This document shows positions 10,506 through 22,083 of a stretch of DNA of 64,000 bases, piece by piece; position 1 is the stretch's first letter, and every line of letters starts with the position of its first letter. The notes beneath the pieces were generated by a model. The model searched no databases. It had not been told where the DNA came from and saw nothing but the letters and a program-made list of their open reading frames with translations. Where the stretch lies: positions 1,793,557-1,857,556 of the forward strand of contig CAJINV010000003.1 in NCBI GenBank assembly GCA_905178155.1, read 5' to 3'. A program made the position numbers and the translations under genes. The stretch is from Amoebophrya sp. A120. Lineage: Eukaryota > Protista > Dinoflagellata.

Positions 10506-13352
10506 CTAACAGACTGCACAAGCAACATTGCTACCTTTACTCGGCGGCGTTGCAATCGGCTCTTGTCTGAAACTCGGTTTTACTGCTTGCGCTTCTACGT
10601 GCCCAAGGGATGAGTGTGACTTTGCTTCGCTTCCGCCTTGAAGAGCCTCATCGCCAAACATCTCGCGCAAGCACACACTTGCATATTGTCCAGCATCAAG
10701 CGAGAAACTTACGATGAGATTCTGACCCGAGCGCTTTGACTGAAGGCTGTCAAATGTTGAATCGTTTATTTCTTCTGTTCTTTCGTCTTGTTCTTTACCA
10801 TCTTCCCGGACATCAGGAGACACCGGTGGGTTTCTCAGCCGTTTTCGCGCAATAGCTTCCAACGGGCCATGTATTTCGGGCACGGCAAAGAGTAACCGAT
10901 CTTTGATTTTTTCCGCGTCGCAGGGTGACGGATCTCTGATTTTTTCCTCCTGGCTGCTGGATGCTGCATCTTCTTTTTGCGCAGAAGTATACAGAACACC
11001 TGTGGTGCTTTTGGATCCCAAACAAGAACGAGAATGCTTTACTTTCTCTTCGACCGGAATCTCAACGGACACGTTTTTCGGAAACGCAAATAGCTTTCGG
11101 TAGCCCCCCTCGACGCGAAACTCTCGATGCGCGCAGCTGTCAAAAACGGACCTCGGATCCCTGCCTTCCAACAGATGGGTGTACACCGAGTGCCAATAGT
11201 CGGTCAGCACCACGTTTTCGCTGCCCACGATGGGAACGACAATGTCCTCGACACGATCTGCTCCAGCCTTTTGTCCCGCTTGAAAGCTATTTCCGGGTGA
11301 TGAATCAAAGCGTCTCACACGGGGTAGGGTAACTTCCATATGGTCAAATCCGGGTGTCTCACGATCGCGGTAGGCATCAGAGTGGCCAAGAGCAGAACTG
11401 CGCGCACCCAACGAACTTTCCATTCGCGACTGATCGTGCCCCGAGGAAAACAACAAGCTCGATTCATCTTCTTCCACCCGGTCCCGGACCTTCACACAGG
11501 TATTCTTAGTATTGCCGCCGTCCAAAAGCACTAGGTCGGCAGCAGAATCGCCGAGAGGAAGGGCAAAATGCCGCCTGTCCGCTGGTGGGGAGAAGGAGCT
11601 ATCTCGATCAACATCTGAAGAAGGTGGAAAGCCTGTCGCCCCATACGATCCGCTCAGGGCGGATATATCCTGACATCGGAGACTCACCGCCTGGTTCCAC
11701 AGGAGGGACACATAGGCACGGGCGTAGAACAGTCGCATGCACCGGGGAATGCCTTCCCGCAGGGCCTTCTCGAAATTCCCACCGGTACGGTGCAGCACGC
11801 GGAGCAGATTGCGCTCTGCTAAACGCGAGTGCGCTGTGAGTTTCAAGGCTTCCTCGTAGTTTCCACCGTCAAATGCGACGGCTGCCTCTTCGGCCCGCGG
11901 GTTTTCTGTTTTCAAACTGTGGATCACAAGTCGACAGGCAGTCTCGTAGTCTCCCTGGATGCATGCTCTGCCCACGTCGGAAGACAAAACGGAGCCAGTC
12001 CCGAATCGCTGCGGGCCGAAATAGTTCAAAAATCCAAACTGCGCAACCTGAGCCGCGCGTTCCTGCGCCAGTAAAAGGATACTTCCTTTCGACGTCGACG
12101 TACCTTCTGGGCTTTCCTTTTGCCGGTTCTCGATGCTTTCGCGAAAAGAAGTGTCCTGTTGAACATGATGCAGATGCTGTGCGCCGTCAGGTCGTACGAG
12201 TACCTGCACATTGCGAAGACCGACTTGGAAGTGATTTCCTGCCTGGCTCCCAAGCGCGCAGTGACGGGGGCGGGGCTGCACCTGCCCAATTTTGATGTAA
12301 GTGTCGCGGAAAGAATACAGCCGCTTCTCCAGTTTCCGCGCTTCGTCACCAGCGCGGACGGACATAAACTGAAAGGTGATGCCTCGGCGGTCCTTGAGAC
12401 CGGCATAGCTGATGCGCTCCGTGCTGACTCCGAGGTGCTTCGCTATCAGGCTTCGTGCCTCTTCGCTGGTCCGGTGTCTCTTGGCGACTGTGAACCACAA
12501 ATGTCGAGGTGTCCATTTGGCTTTCTTCCCCGCAGGAAGCGTTTCCTGCTCGCGATTAGGATTGACACCAAAAACCTCTAATACTGCATCAGCATTTTCT
12601 TTTTCGAGGGAGTCTTTGCGTGTTCCAATGTTTACGCTGTTGTCGTCACTCTCAGCGACTTGCTCGCGAAACGACACTTGAGGTTCTTTTTGCAGAGGCA
12701 CAGATGTACATGTACTTTTACCGTCCAGGTCATATATGCTCGTCTTGCGCTGGCTGCCTTGATCCCCGCTCGACACTGAGCTGGTAGTTGACACCTTTTC
12801 TCCAGTTTCCACCCGATGAAGATCCTGGTGCAGTTTAGTCGTGGCCTCGGTCACGCATGAGGCACTCCTGCTGGTGTCCCCATCTCCACCTGGAGGGCGA
12901 TACGAATCACAATCACGTCTCAGCTCTTTCGCTGTCACCTCCTGCTTTTCGACCCTGTGCTGCCCGGTCTTGTCCGCCAGATTCCCGCTTATTCCCCGAG
13001 GCTTGACATAGTGCTGATCCATGGACCAGGCATCTGGGTGGGGAACGTCTTGAACAGTGCATCCCTGCAGCGGCTTGCCGGTGTCTCCGTCCAGCTCCCG
13101 GACCACAAAATCTTCAGCGTACTTTTTGAAGCGCGCAACAAATTTTGGCGGTTTTCTGCTCATCGACGCTTCTGCTAACGTACCATCACGAAGACAAGTC
13201 GCGGCCGAAGTACCCGTAATAGCCGATCCAACCAGTCCGGGGGCAGTGTTCACATCCCAGAGCCGGGGGTTGAAGCACCAGATTCCACCTGCCTTGCCGT
13301 TGCAAATACTCTTTCCAACGTCGACGCCGTTTCGTGAAATATGTTTTGCCAT
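10506..13352 (-). CDS. PUS7: Pseudouridine synthase, TruD/PUS7 family
   Basis: KKYAEDFVVRE, SYAGLKDRRGITFQ (catalytic Asp), GNHFQVGLR, GFLNYFGPQRFG, GGYRKL, FSLDAGQYASVCLRE. Confidence 0.92.
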   Translation of the reverse strand: MAKHISRNGVDVGKSICNGKAGGIWCFNPRLWDVNTAPGLVGSAITGTSAATCLRDGTLAEASMSRKPPKFVARFKKYAEDFVVRELDGDTGKPLQGCTVQDVPHPDAWSMDQHYVKPRGISGNLADKTGQHRVEKQEVTAKELRRDCDSYRPPGGDGDTSRSASCVTEATTKLHQDLHRVETGEKVSTTSSVSSGDQGSQRKTSIYDLDGKSTCTSVPLQKEPQVSFREQVAESDDNSVNIGTRKDSLEKENADAVLEVFGVNPNREQETLPAGKKAKWTPRHLWFTVAKRHRTSEEARSLIAKHLGVSTERISYAGLKDRRGITFQFMSVRAGDEARKLEKRLYSFRDTYIKIGQVQPRPRHCALGSQAGNHFQVGLRNVQVLVRPDGAQHLHHVQQDTSFRESIENRQKESPEGTSTSKGSILLLAQERAAQVAQFGFLNYFGPQRFGTGSVLSSDVGRACIQGDYETACRLVIHSLKTENPRAEEAAVAFDGGNYEEALKLTAHSRLAERNLLRVLHRTGGNFEKALREGIPRCMRLFYARAYVSLLWNQAVSLRCQDISALSGSYGATGFPPSSDVDRDSSFSPPADRRHFALPLGDSAADLVLLDGGNTKNTCVKVRDRVEEDESSLLFSSGHDQSRMESSLGARSSALGHSDAYRDRETPGFDHMEVTLPRVRRFDSSPGNSFQAGQKAGADRVEDIVVPIVGSENVVLTDYWHSVYTHLLEGRDPRSVFDSCAHREFRVEGGYRKLFAFPKNVSVEIPVEEKVKHSRSCLGSKSTTGVLYTSAQKEDAASSSQEEKIRDPSPCDAEKIKDRLLFAVPEIHGPLEAIARKRLRNPPVSPDVREDGKEQDERTEEINDSTFDSLQSKRSGQNLIVSFSLDAGQYASVCLREMFGDEALQGGSEAKSHSSLGHVEAQAVKPSFRQEPIATPPSKGSNVACAVC

Positions 13353-13856
13353 TTTTTTAACAGTGTTCCGTCGTGTCTGTCGGTCAACGTGGCACGTCTA
13401 TGTACGCTATAAGGGTTGCGGTGGCATCAGAGAAGACAAGAGATGAATGACTGTTTTGAACGTATGATCTTCACTGTGACTGTGATCGTGACACAGAAAT
13501 GACATCGGCAAAAGCAGACACATCGTGCGCGTTTGGGTCGTCGTTCACGCAAATAATTCAAAGAATTATCATGACGAAGACGATCTGCTCCACTGGCGAA
13601 CGATCTGAAGACAGAAAGAAGGTGAAAGGCCATTTGAAAACGACTGCCCGATCATTCAATTCCAAGCATGTGATTGGATTCTCCTCACGACCAGAAGTCA
13701 GAACACTTGTTCGAAAAAAGCTTGTTCTCAAGTGGAATAGAGATAGACCTCCAATAAAAAAAAGCGCAGAATGCATTAGCCGCAAATTATCAGCCGCAAA
13801 GCTTTCCATTTGCCTTTCTTATTCTTTTTGATAGAACTATAGACCTGCTTCGTCAG

Positions 13857-14876
13857 TCAGTCACTCTCCTGGTCGGCTTCGCTAGAACTTCCGGAATCTG
13901 TATCCGGCTTGTCATCGCAAGCCTCGGTATCGCACTGCAATTCGTGCGCCACAACAGAATCTACGGGATCCAGAAGCGGCAGATCGAGTCCTAGACTGCA
14001 CCCAACATATCGCCACAGATGAAACAGAGACTCCGAGTTCATGCATATGTCGTAGTAGCTCATCAGATGCGTTGAGGTTGATGCGGGGTCCTCGGAACTA
14101 TTGGTGCCTCCCGTGACAGGGTGGGCGCTGCTGTTGCGTTCTTGAGATGAAGCGACCACGTTTACGACCTTTCCCTTTTGATGGTCGAACTTGAAGTACG
14201 CGGGTGCAGAGGTCAACAAACCGTCTATTATTTCGGGTTGCAGTTGCTCCTCCTGCGGTAGTAGCGGGACTTGTCGAAACAAGTCTTGGAGTAGCTGCAG
14301 CTTCTTGACCACCGCAGGCGTCTTGTCTCTTTCCCCGCGTTTAAGGCCTTCCACTGCGACTTTGAAAGCCGCGCAAAACTTCTCGAACTCAGTTGGGTCC
14401 GGATCGCCCATTGGGGAACAGAAAAACTGCCCGGTAATAGCAGAAACAAGTTGTCGGGAATCCAAATCGTGCGGGTCTTGTTCGGTAAACCCAAAGTCTT
14501 GGAAGAAGCTCGGAGGTAGCACGGTAGGAATCAGTCGCAGAGCCTGTTGCGTCGGCGCTGGCACCGGAAAAATATCAGTGAGGTAGGCTTCTCGAAACTC
14601 GCCACATCGCAAAAACGCGATCCAATGCGCATCCCCGTCAAAATCGCGACATACCTTCTTCAGCCACCCATAAAGTTTGCGATCAAGAGTGCAAATACAC
14701 TGGCGCGCGGGCTTATCTTCTCGTCGAAATGCCGGCTCGGATTCCTGTTGGGTGTGCGGAACATCAGAGCCGCCGGGTCGGCTCGTCCGGTCTCCTTGAT
14801 GTCCTAGTCCCATGTTCTTCATCGCAAATTTTAATTTGCGCACCGTGAGTGTGGCAAGAAGGAATATCGCTCTCAA
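13857..14876 (-). CDS. Hypothetical protein (~320-340 aa); 5' end uncertain
   Basis: Long ORF with an acidic C-terminus. The start may be MKNMG at 14823, or the gene may include an upstream segment at 14929-15135. Confidence 0.55.
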   Translation of the reverse strand: MRAIFLLATLTVRKLKFAMKNMGLGHQGDRTSRPGGSDVPHTQQESEPAFRREDKPARQCICTLDRKLYGWLKKVCRDFDGDAHWIAFLRCGEFREAYLTDIFPVPAPTQQALRLIPTVLPPSFFQDFGFTEQDPHDLDSRQLVSAITGQFFCSPMGDPDPTEFEKFCAAFKVAVEGLKRGERDKTPAVVKKLQLLQDLFRQVPLLPQEEQLQPEIIDGLLTSAPAYFKFDHQKGKVVNVVASSQERNSSAHPVTGGTNSSEDPASTSTHLMSYYDICMNSESLFHLWRYVGCSLGLDLPLLDPVDSVVAHELQCDTEACDDKPDTDSGSSSEADQESD

Positions 14877-15674
14877 CGCTGGACACTGCTGCTGCGTCCC
14901 CGAAGCTGCCTTACGCTAGTACTCTTACTCAATCCCGGCGCACAATTTTGTACTTGGAAACATAGTCGACGATCTTTTCCCCCGCCTGCAAATATGCAGT
15001 GACGAACTGCTTTACATAAGGGCTCGTCTGCGGGCTCACACGCGTCAGGTCGATGGCAACTATCCCGCGTCTTCGAGCTACTGCCAAGGCAGCACTGAAT
15101 GCCATGCTGTCAACAAAAAGTTGCAGAAGAACCATAATTGCCTGCTACTTGGAGCAAGAAAAAACGCAACAACCCTTGTAGTTTACGCTCTTACTCGCGC
15201 TTTCCGAGCTACTAACGAGAATTGTCGTCGTCCTGATCTTGGTAAGCGTAAACGTTTCCCTGTCTGAGTCCGAGTCTGTGGAACTTTTTGAAAAGGCTTG
15301 CTGCTATGCTAAAACCTCAAACATTATTGCTTTTTTGACTGATTGGTGGGATAAGGAAAACTACCACCCAATCGAGTGAAAGTGACAATAAGTACTTCTG
15401 AAGTAGTCGGTACTGAAGCAGATCAGGATCGCACGGTGCAGCCGCAAGTTTACAGTTGCTGAAGCTAGATCGAGCGACAGGGACAGTACGTAGACACAAC
15501 ACACATGCTCTGGACTGACTTGAGCGTCGTTTTGGGATCTACAGCGATATTTTCTTTTGGGACTGCATCATTTCATCATTCAAGGCCACGAAATAAAAGG
15601 ACCACGACTCATCTTCTTCAGACTGTGACAATTGATTCGTGCTGTCCTGTTGCAGGAGTTTTCGCTTCGCTTGT

Positions 15675-18600
15675 TCAGTTGTTGCTATCAAGGAGGAGCG
15701 CCAGAGCGTCAAGAATCTGTGCGTCATTTGTTGGCATCATTGACGATTGATTTTGCTTGTTTACCTGCTCCCCAGTTTCCCTCTCTTCTTTTACCTGCGC
15801 CGCCGGGGGTGCGGGTGCCCGTACCAGCACGGAGAGTAAAAACTTGTAGAGACGTTCGCGTGACGCACCGCTAACGTCGACATCCACTGGCGTCCCGGGA
15901 AACAGAGCGCGCAAAGCCCCCGGGATAGCTCGGGCATTCGATGCTGCCGCAGTGGCGGCAACCTTTCGCGCCATTCGTTCTGCCATAGGAAGGCCATCTT
16001 CCAGGAGAAATTCCACGCCTGGTCTGACGTACCTCGCTTCTTCTTCGACTTGAACAGCACGCTGGGCCAGAGCCTCCTGGCAGGCAAACTCTGCGAACTC
16101 CTTTCGCAGCTTGTGGTCGGATGGAATGGAGGTGAGGCCGAGTGCATCTGGATGCGCAAGAAATTCGCGCACATAGAGCCATGTCCTGGCGGGAATCACA
16201 GCTCCTGCTCCCGATTGGTTCCACGGGGACGTTTTTTCTGTTCTAGGCACTTGCGCAGCCTCCTGGAGCATAAGCAGAAACAAGGCACGACCAATCTTGG
16301 CAAGTGGAGTCTTGAGGGAGGAGCCCGCATCTGTTGGCAGCTGAGACATCTTCGCACCACCCGTGCTGCAGCGCCGAAGAACCGCAGCCCGGCAATGCAA
16401 GACGAAGCAGACCCAATTCATCTGGTCGAGGAAAGAGCGGCGGGGTAATTTGCGCTTCCCGCCCGTTTCCTTTTCCGCGGCACGGCCTCCTGCTCCTCTG
16501 GATCCAAAATGTCCACCCCCACGACCTCCAGCATCGCTTGCGCCCTGGTTATTTTCGGCTCCGTAAGTGGCGAACGCGCCGTCGCCGAGCAAGAGAACGT
16601 CACGTACGTAACCTTCCAGTTCATAGGCCAAGGAAAAAATTTCATCGTCTGCCGCCTCCAGAAAACGCTCTGCAACATCCGGAAAAAAAATGCCGTGTTG
16701 GACCGTCTCTCGCGGTGGTCCAGTGCTGCTGCACAGCAAGTACGCTTTGGTTAGGGGGTGCTGGAAATAGCGGCCCACGTCTTCGACTTGGTGAACGAGA
16801 GTGTTCGAACTGAGCGCGCTTTTTTCAAGATTTTCTTCTTGAAACAGGCCTTCAATCACGAACGCCTCTGGAAAAACATGGCGATACAGGTTCCGCTTCG
16901 CCGTCACTTCAGCGTTTTCTTCGAGCTCTATGTGCTTCTGCTGTCGAATCGCAGCTTCTGCCGATTGCAGCCAAAACAGCACCTGCGCCGCAAGGTCCGG
17001 GGCTCCCATCTCAAATAGAGATTGCAGCAGATGCTTTCTGATTTCACTCGGTGAGCATGGATCTTCGCCCTTCTTTAGTTTGGGTCCCGTAGCCGTACTA
17101 GTTGCAAACAGTCCCCGTCTGGAGTCCTGCGAAATCACTACAGGAGGGTCAAGAGGTACGCGCAAAATGGTCGAAAAGTAGTCCGCAAGATCCTCTCGAT
17201 CATCCGCGTCACCAACGATCTTGCTGACGAGAAGACTGCGTGCGGGCGTCTTCGACAGCACAGCTGCGACAGCCTCGCAGAGTCGCTGTTTTAGAAAGGA
17301 GTTCTGCGTCAGCATAATCGCCCGCAGGCACACCCGGGTAGCTGCTGCTCGACACGCCTCGGCATCGCAGAAGTACAGTAGCGCTCCCAGCGTCGCTGGC
17401 GGCTCTCTGGTGCGATCGCCAGTGAGGTTTCTCTGCATTTCCTGCAAGAACGAACGACCGAGCGAAAAACTTGAACCGCCATTACTGCTCGATCCGTGGT
17501 CCGCAAGTTCCTCCATTCGGAGAAGCGCCAGGTACGATAAAGCCGCGTCCATCACGTTGACAATTTCCGCCACCCGGTAGGCGTGAATCGCTTGACTACC
17601 AGCGCGCAGGTTTGTCTGCCACAGAAAAGCCAGCTCCTGCAGCATCGTCCGGGGAATGTCGAGGCGCCGCAGCACCTCTTCGTGCGTTTGCGCGAGACTG
17701 GCGAGAGATTTCGGCTTTGCCCCCAGCACTACTTTCGAAGATTGTTGCAGCACGCGAAACTCCGTTTCCAAGCCGCAGTATCGCTTCGCCAGCCTCGACG
17801 GTACGTGCCGCATCATCTCGCTCGTCCGCATTTCCGGGGCACGCGCCACAATGCCAGACAGCTCTTCCTCGAACAGCTCGGAGTAGTCCACCAGTAGCTG
17901 CAGACTTTCGCGGGTGTACTGCTTGCTCCCGACCTCCGCCTTGGCGAGATCGATGGCCTCATCATCGCGCCCCGTATCCTCGTGCTCCTCCATAGGGCGA
18001 ATCTCCAACAAGCGGTCTTTTCGAATTTTCAAAAGTTTGCCTTTTTTTGTCCTACCAAGAGTGCTGGTTCGTCCAACACGCCCGGTAGGACTACTAGAAG
18101 TACTTCCGAATGCGCGCCGTGCACCACGACTTCGCCGCGCGAGAACGCGATCGCAAACTTCCTCCACCTCCGTCGCGGCCTTCTGTCCGAAGAACACCTG
18201 AAACACTTCGCTCACCGGGATCGCCTGCGGAAAGCGCAAGTTCTGGATGACCAACATGCGGTCGAGGAAGTTCTGGATCAGCTTGCGAAACTTCGCACGA
18301 CACACCGCCCGCGCGCTTTCCGAAAACACGAATAGAGTGCGCGCACTTTCTTCGGAAAAGTCCGCGCACACCTGCGCATACACGTGGTCGATGCGGTCGG
18401 TGCAGTCCACGAGCTCCGGGTCCTTCGTCGCCGCGTTCGTGCTGCAGAAAAACGGCTTCCACTTCACGGGACGGAAAAATCCGATAATCGACGGAATCGG
18501 CGCTGGCGCCCCACCGGCCGCGACGCTCTCCTCGTTCGGAAGTTCTAATCCGTTCTGAAACTGCAGAAAGTGCCAGCACGTCGCCTCCCAGGCAGCGTCG

Positions 18601-21515
18601 GTCGTATTTTTTTTCGGACTCGTGGCAGTGGCACTTGCTATTGTGGTGCCGCTGCTGGGGTCGGGTCGTGCAGGCTGTTCAGCATCTTTGTCCATACCGA
18701 TCCTCAATTCCACATCGAAATACGCACCCGTGGCCCCGAAAAGCAGGAAATCGAGCAAGCGTGTGATCACCGGGGTGGTCAAGGGGGCTTGTCCACCGAC
18801 CGTCTCGGCGTCCATCGTTTGCACAATCTTGTCCAACACAACGGAAAGTTCGCACAGGAGCCGCTCCGCGCCAGTGGCATCGAATTCGTGCATCGCGAGC
18901 CAGAAAAACTGGTGCAACACTTGGTGGTCAAAAAGCATCAGGTAATCCCGTTCCATGCGCCCCTCAATTACCTCAAACACGCGGCGGAGCGACAACGTCA
19001 GCGTCTCGCCCTGGAACGGTGCGGCCAGGACGCTGGTTGTTGGGTCCTCCCGAGACTCGTCGCTCCCGTGGTCTGCACCACGACCGGGGAGGGACACGTC
19101 TTCGCCTCCTGTGAAGGTGAACCGAACCGCCTTACTGTTCGGAGCCGCGGCTGCTGAGTCAGGTGGTGCCTCCGTTTCGTTTGTGACAGCACCTGCGGCA
19201 TCTCCTGGTTTATCTACAACCTCCCGTGGACGTCCTGTGTCCGCCGCCCTTTCACTGTCGCCCAAAAGATTTCCTCGTGGCGTTTCTTCATCTTCTCTCT
19301 CCGCCGGCTTTTTTCCGGTCAAGATGTCGACGAAAATGCAGTCCATTTCAGTTTTAGCCGCTGCCAGTTCATCATTTCCCACGCCACCAGCTCCTTTCGC
19401 GTCTGCAGGGCTGGTGGCGTTCTTTCTGGTATAGTCTCCCGCGCCACCAGAAAAGAAAAAAGCGTTGTCTGCTTCGGCCTCCAGGGCTTTACCGAGGTCA
19501 ACCGAGCCGCGGCCGGGTAACCGCTGCCGCATTTCCGCCGCCCAGTTCAGGACCAGCAAGCCGCACCGCACGCGCAGCTCCTCTTCCAAGCTGATGATCG
19601 CGAAGTCTGTGGGCGGCAGCATCAGATGCTGTGGCGTGATGCGCTTCCCGCTGATGGCTGCTTTAGCTAGAACGTCTGCTTTTTTGGAGTACGCCTCCCG
19701 ATCACCGCCAAAAAACAGCGTTTTCTGTTGGTACAGCCCGAAGACACACGACGCACAGATCTGACTGCGCTCTAACAGCGGATAGAAGACGTGTTCCGGA
19801 ATGCGGCACTCAAACGCAGCAGCCAGCTCTTCTGCGGCATCAGGTAGTTGTTGATGTTCCTCAGCAGCGGCAGCAGGATCAGCAGCAGTTGTAGTGCTGC
19901 CGACAGTGGTGCGACGCTCTGCAGCATCAGCCGCGTCAACGTCGTCAAAAGATAGTGGCAAGGCAGGTTCTTGTGCTGGCTTTTGATGCGCAAGAATCTC
20001 TCTATTTGTCTTCGTGAATTTGCCCTTCACCTTGTCCCGCCAGAAAGCCGCTGCTGTAGACCGGCTCTGCGGTTGAAACGACTTTTCGTATGCGGGCGCG
20101 TACTGCCGAAAGACCTGACGGATTGCTTCCATTTCGTCGACTACCTTTGGCTCTTGATGAGGTGGCCCTTCCCCAGGTAGCAGGGCAGTACTACCAGCAG
20201 AAGATTTGAGCGCTGGCATTTTCTGTGCAGCCGATTCCCGATGGAGCGAGGCCGCGTGTATCGTGGAGGCAGTGGATGATCCCAGTATTGCGCGGCGGCA
20301 CTGTGTGTAACACCAATCCTCGACCCGTTCCTGCCACTCGGCGCGGAAAGCGATGGAAGAGAAGGACAGCCCCGGGGGCTGGACCCATTGCAAGCGGTGC
20401 AGCACCGGTCCAGCAATAATGTCGTTGCTACTTCCACCAGAACTTGGCGAGCCTGGGGCAGCTGCTACGAACGGAATCACGACTTCTTGAAAGAAGTGGT
20501 CCGTTGCCTCACGATGCAAGATGGATTCGCGGGCCTCCATTCGCTTGTCGCGGGCGACCGCCGCAGCGATCGCGGTTTCCACCACTTCAGACTCCAGCAG
20601 CTCCTCGCAGAAGGTGGGTATGACGAAGCTCCTCAGCAAGTCGTGCGCCATCTTGACAGCCTCCGCGGTTGCAACCTCCTCACAGTATCGATGGACAAGG
20701 GGGACAGTCACAGGCACGTAGGGTGGAGTTCCTTTCGTACCAGGAGTTGTAGTAGTACCCTGCAGCTCTTGAGCAGAAACGCAGTCTGGTGCGCACCTGG
20801 TCATTGCGTTTATTTCCTCGTGTCGTACGGTTACGGCAACGGTAGCCTGGTGCGAATCCGCTGCTTTTGTTTCATCGTGACCACTGTCTTTGGCCTGCTT
20901 TTGCAGCTTTGGCTCCTCGTCATCCTCGTTGGCTAGCGCCTCTTCGCCTGCCGAGACTTCTGGACCGCGGCCATTAGGTACTTCCGGAGCAGGTGGTCGA
21001 GAAATATGTTTGGTGGAAGTCGAAGCTGACGCAGCTATCGGTTTTGCATTCAAAACGCCAGCTCTGCTTGCCGAGCTCGCCGACTGATGTGCACCAGCTT
21101 CCAGCTTTTGCTCCTGTGCTGCAACCTCGTTGCCCAATCGCGCTGCTGCGCGCTGGAGGTTTTCACCGCTGAGGCCCAGGTCCCGGCCTTTGCTGATCAT
21201 ATTTCTCGAAACCTCAGCCTGCAAAACTTTCCTGAGTTTTGACAATGAAAAAAAGGGAACGGCTTCGATCAGCTGCAGCGCCTTTTTGTTCGCCTGATTA
21301 GCACCCGCGCCGGCACGGAGGAGGATCTTTGCAAGAGTCACTCCGGGCACATTCTTGTCGGTAATCTTTGTGCGGGGAAATCCAGCAGCCATCCCGGGAT
21401 CCGCCGCCGAGGACGGTTGTGCGCTGAGTTCTAGCAAGGCTAGAAGCTGCTTGCGCTGCTGGATGGGAACGAATTTTCCAACCAACCGCGACACCGCAAC
21501 GTCTGGATTTTCCAT
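15675..21515 (-). CDS. Large hypothetical protein (1946 aa), intronless, helical blocks separated by low-complexity linkers
   Basis: 5.8-kb ATG-to-stop ORF; no motif recognised. Confidence 0.8.
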   Translation of the reverse strand: MENPDVAVSRLVGKFVPIQQRKQLLALLELSAQPSSAADPGMAAGFPRTKITDKNVPGVTLAKILLRAGAGANQANKKALQLIEAVPFFSLSKLRKVLQAEVSRNMISKGRDLGLSGENLQRAAARLGNEVAAQEQKLEAGAHQSASSASRAGVLNAKPIAASASTSTKHISRPPAPEVPNGRGPEVSAGEEALANEDDEEPKLQKQAKDSGHDETKAADSHQATVAVTVRHEEINAMTRCAPDCVSAQELQGTTTTPGTKGTPPYVPVTVPLVHRYCEEVATAEAVKMAHDLLRSFVIPTFCEELLESEVVETAIAAAVARDKRMEARESILHREATDHFFQEVVIPFVAAAPGSPSSGGSSNDIIAGPVLHRLQWVQPPGLSFSSIAFRAEWQERVEDWCYTQCRRAILGSSTASTIHAASLHRESAAQKMPALKSSAGSTALLPGEGPPHQEPKVVDEMEAIRQVFRQYAPAYEKSFQPQSRSTAAAFWRDKVKGKFTKTNREILAHQKPAQEPALPLSFDDVDAADAAERRTTVGSTTTAADPAAAAEEHQQLPDAAEELAAAFECRIPEHVFYPLLERSQICASCVFGLYQQKTLFFGGDREAYSKKADVLAKAAISGKRITPQHLMLPPTDFAIISLEEELRVRCGLLVLNWAAEMRQRLPGRGSVDLGKALEAEADNAFFFSGGAGDYTRKNATSPADAKGAGGVGNDELAAAKTEMDCIFVDILTGKKPAEREDEETPRGNLLGDSERAADTGRPREVVDKPGDAAGAVTNETEAPPDSAAAAPNSKAVRFTFTGGEDVSLPGRGADHGSDESREDPTTSVLAAPFQGETLTLSLRRVFEVIEGRMERDYLMLFDHQVLHQFFWLAMHEFDATGAERLLCELSVVLDKIVQTMDAETVGGQAPLTTPVITRLLDFLLFGATGAYFDVELRIGMDKDAEQPARPDPSSGTTIASATATSPKKNTTDAAWEATCWHFLQFQNGLELPNEESVAAGGAPAPIPSIIGFFRPVKWKPFFCSTNAATKDPELVDCTDRIDHVYAQVCADFSEESARTLFVFSESARAVCRAKFRKLIQNFLDRMLVIQNLRFPQAIPVSEVFQVFFGQKAATEVEEVCDRVLARRSRGARRAFGSTSSSPTGRVGRTSTLGRTKKGKLLKIRKDRLLEIRPMEEHEDTGRDDEAIDLAKAEVGSKQYTRESLQLLVDYSELFEEELSGIVARAPEMRTSEMMRHVPSRLAKRYCGLETEFRVLQQSSKVVLGAKPKSLASLAQTHEEVLRRLDIPRTMLQELAFLWQTNLRAGSQAIHAYRVAEIVNVMDAALSYLALLRMEELADHGSSSNGGSSFSLGRSFLQEMQRNLTGDRTREPPATLGALLYFCDAEACRAAATRVCLRAIMLTQNSFLKQRLCEAVAAVLSKTPARSLLVSKIVGDADDREDLADYFSTILRVPLDPPVVISQDSRRGLFATSTATGPKLKKGEDPCSPSEIRKHLLQSLFEMGAPDLAAQVLFWLQSAEAAIRQQKHIELEENAEVTAKRNLYRHVFPEAFVIEGLFQEENLEKSALSSNTLVHQVEDVGRYFQHPLTKAYLLCSSTGPPRETVQHGIFFPDVAERFLEAADDEIFSLAYELEGYVRDVLLLGDGAFATYGAENNQGASDAGGRGGGHFGSRGAGGRAAEKETGGKRKLPRRSFLDQMNWVCFVLHCRAAVLRRCSTGGAKMSQLPTDAGSSLKTPLAKIGRALFLLMLQEAAQVPRTEKTSPWNQSGAGAVIPARTWLYVREFLAHPDALGLTSIPSDHKLRKEFAEFACQEALAQRAVQVEEEARYVRPGVEFLLEDGLPMAERMARKVAATAAASNARAIPGALRALFPGTPVDVDVSGASRERLYKFLLSVLVRAPAPPAAQVKEERETGEQVNKQNQSSMMPTNDAQILDALALLLDSNN

Positions 21516-22083
21516 TTTTCATCCAGAGCGACAGCGAATACAACGCTGCGGCTGCAACAGTACAAAAACCAACACGTATACGAAACTCAAACTACTCTCT
21601 ATGGTGGCTTTGGCACTCCCAAAAATCGTTTTTTTATCATTTTGGCGAGCCGCGCAAGAGCGAGAACTGAGCCACATTGCAGCACATCAATCTCAAGACG
21701 ACGCTTTACAATGCCAGTTTTCTCCTTCATCTGGTTCTGCTCATTTATAGTCACATTTTTGGGTCTTTCGCAGGTTGTAGTCTGCTTGGATGCATCAAGC
21801 CCTCGCTCCTCTCGCAATCGCACCTTCAAAAGTTCTCTCGAAATCTTCAAGGCTGATCCGTAGAACGGCATCACCAGGTAGGTAGGATAGTGCATCTTCA
21901 TTTTACTCCAATGAATCCAATTCCAACAATTCTGGTGGAGCATTTCTATCATTATGCGCAGAGAAATTGTCTGTACTCAATTTTGTTTGCCTTTGCGTCA
22001 AAGCGAAAACAAAGCGCAGCATCTCCATCTTCATCACGAAAACAGGGCCAATTTCACTTAGCCACCTTTCAGGAACGACCCTC

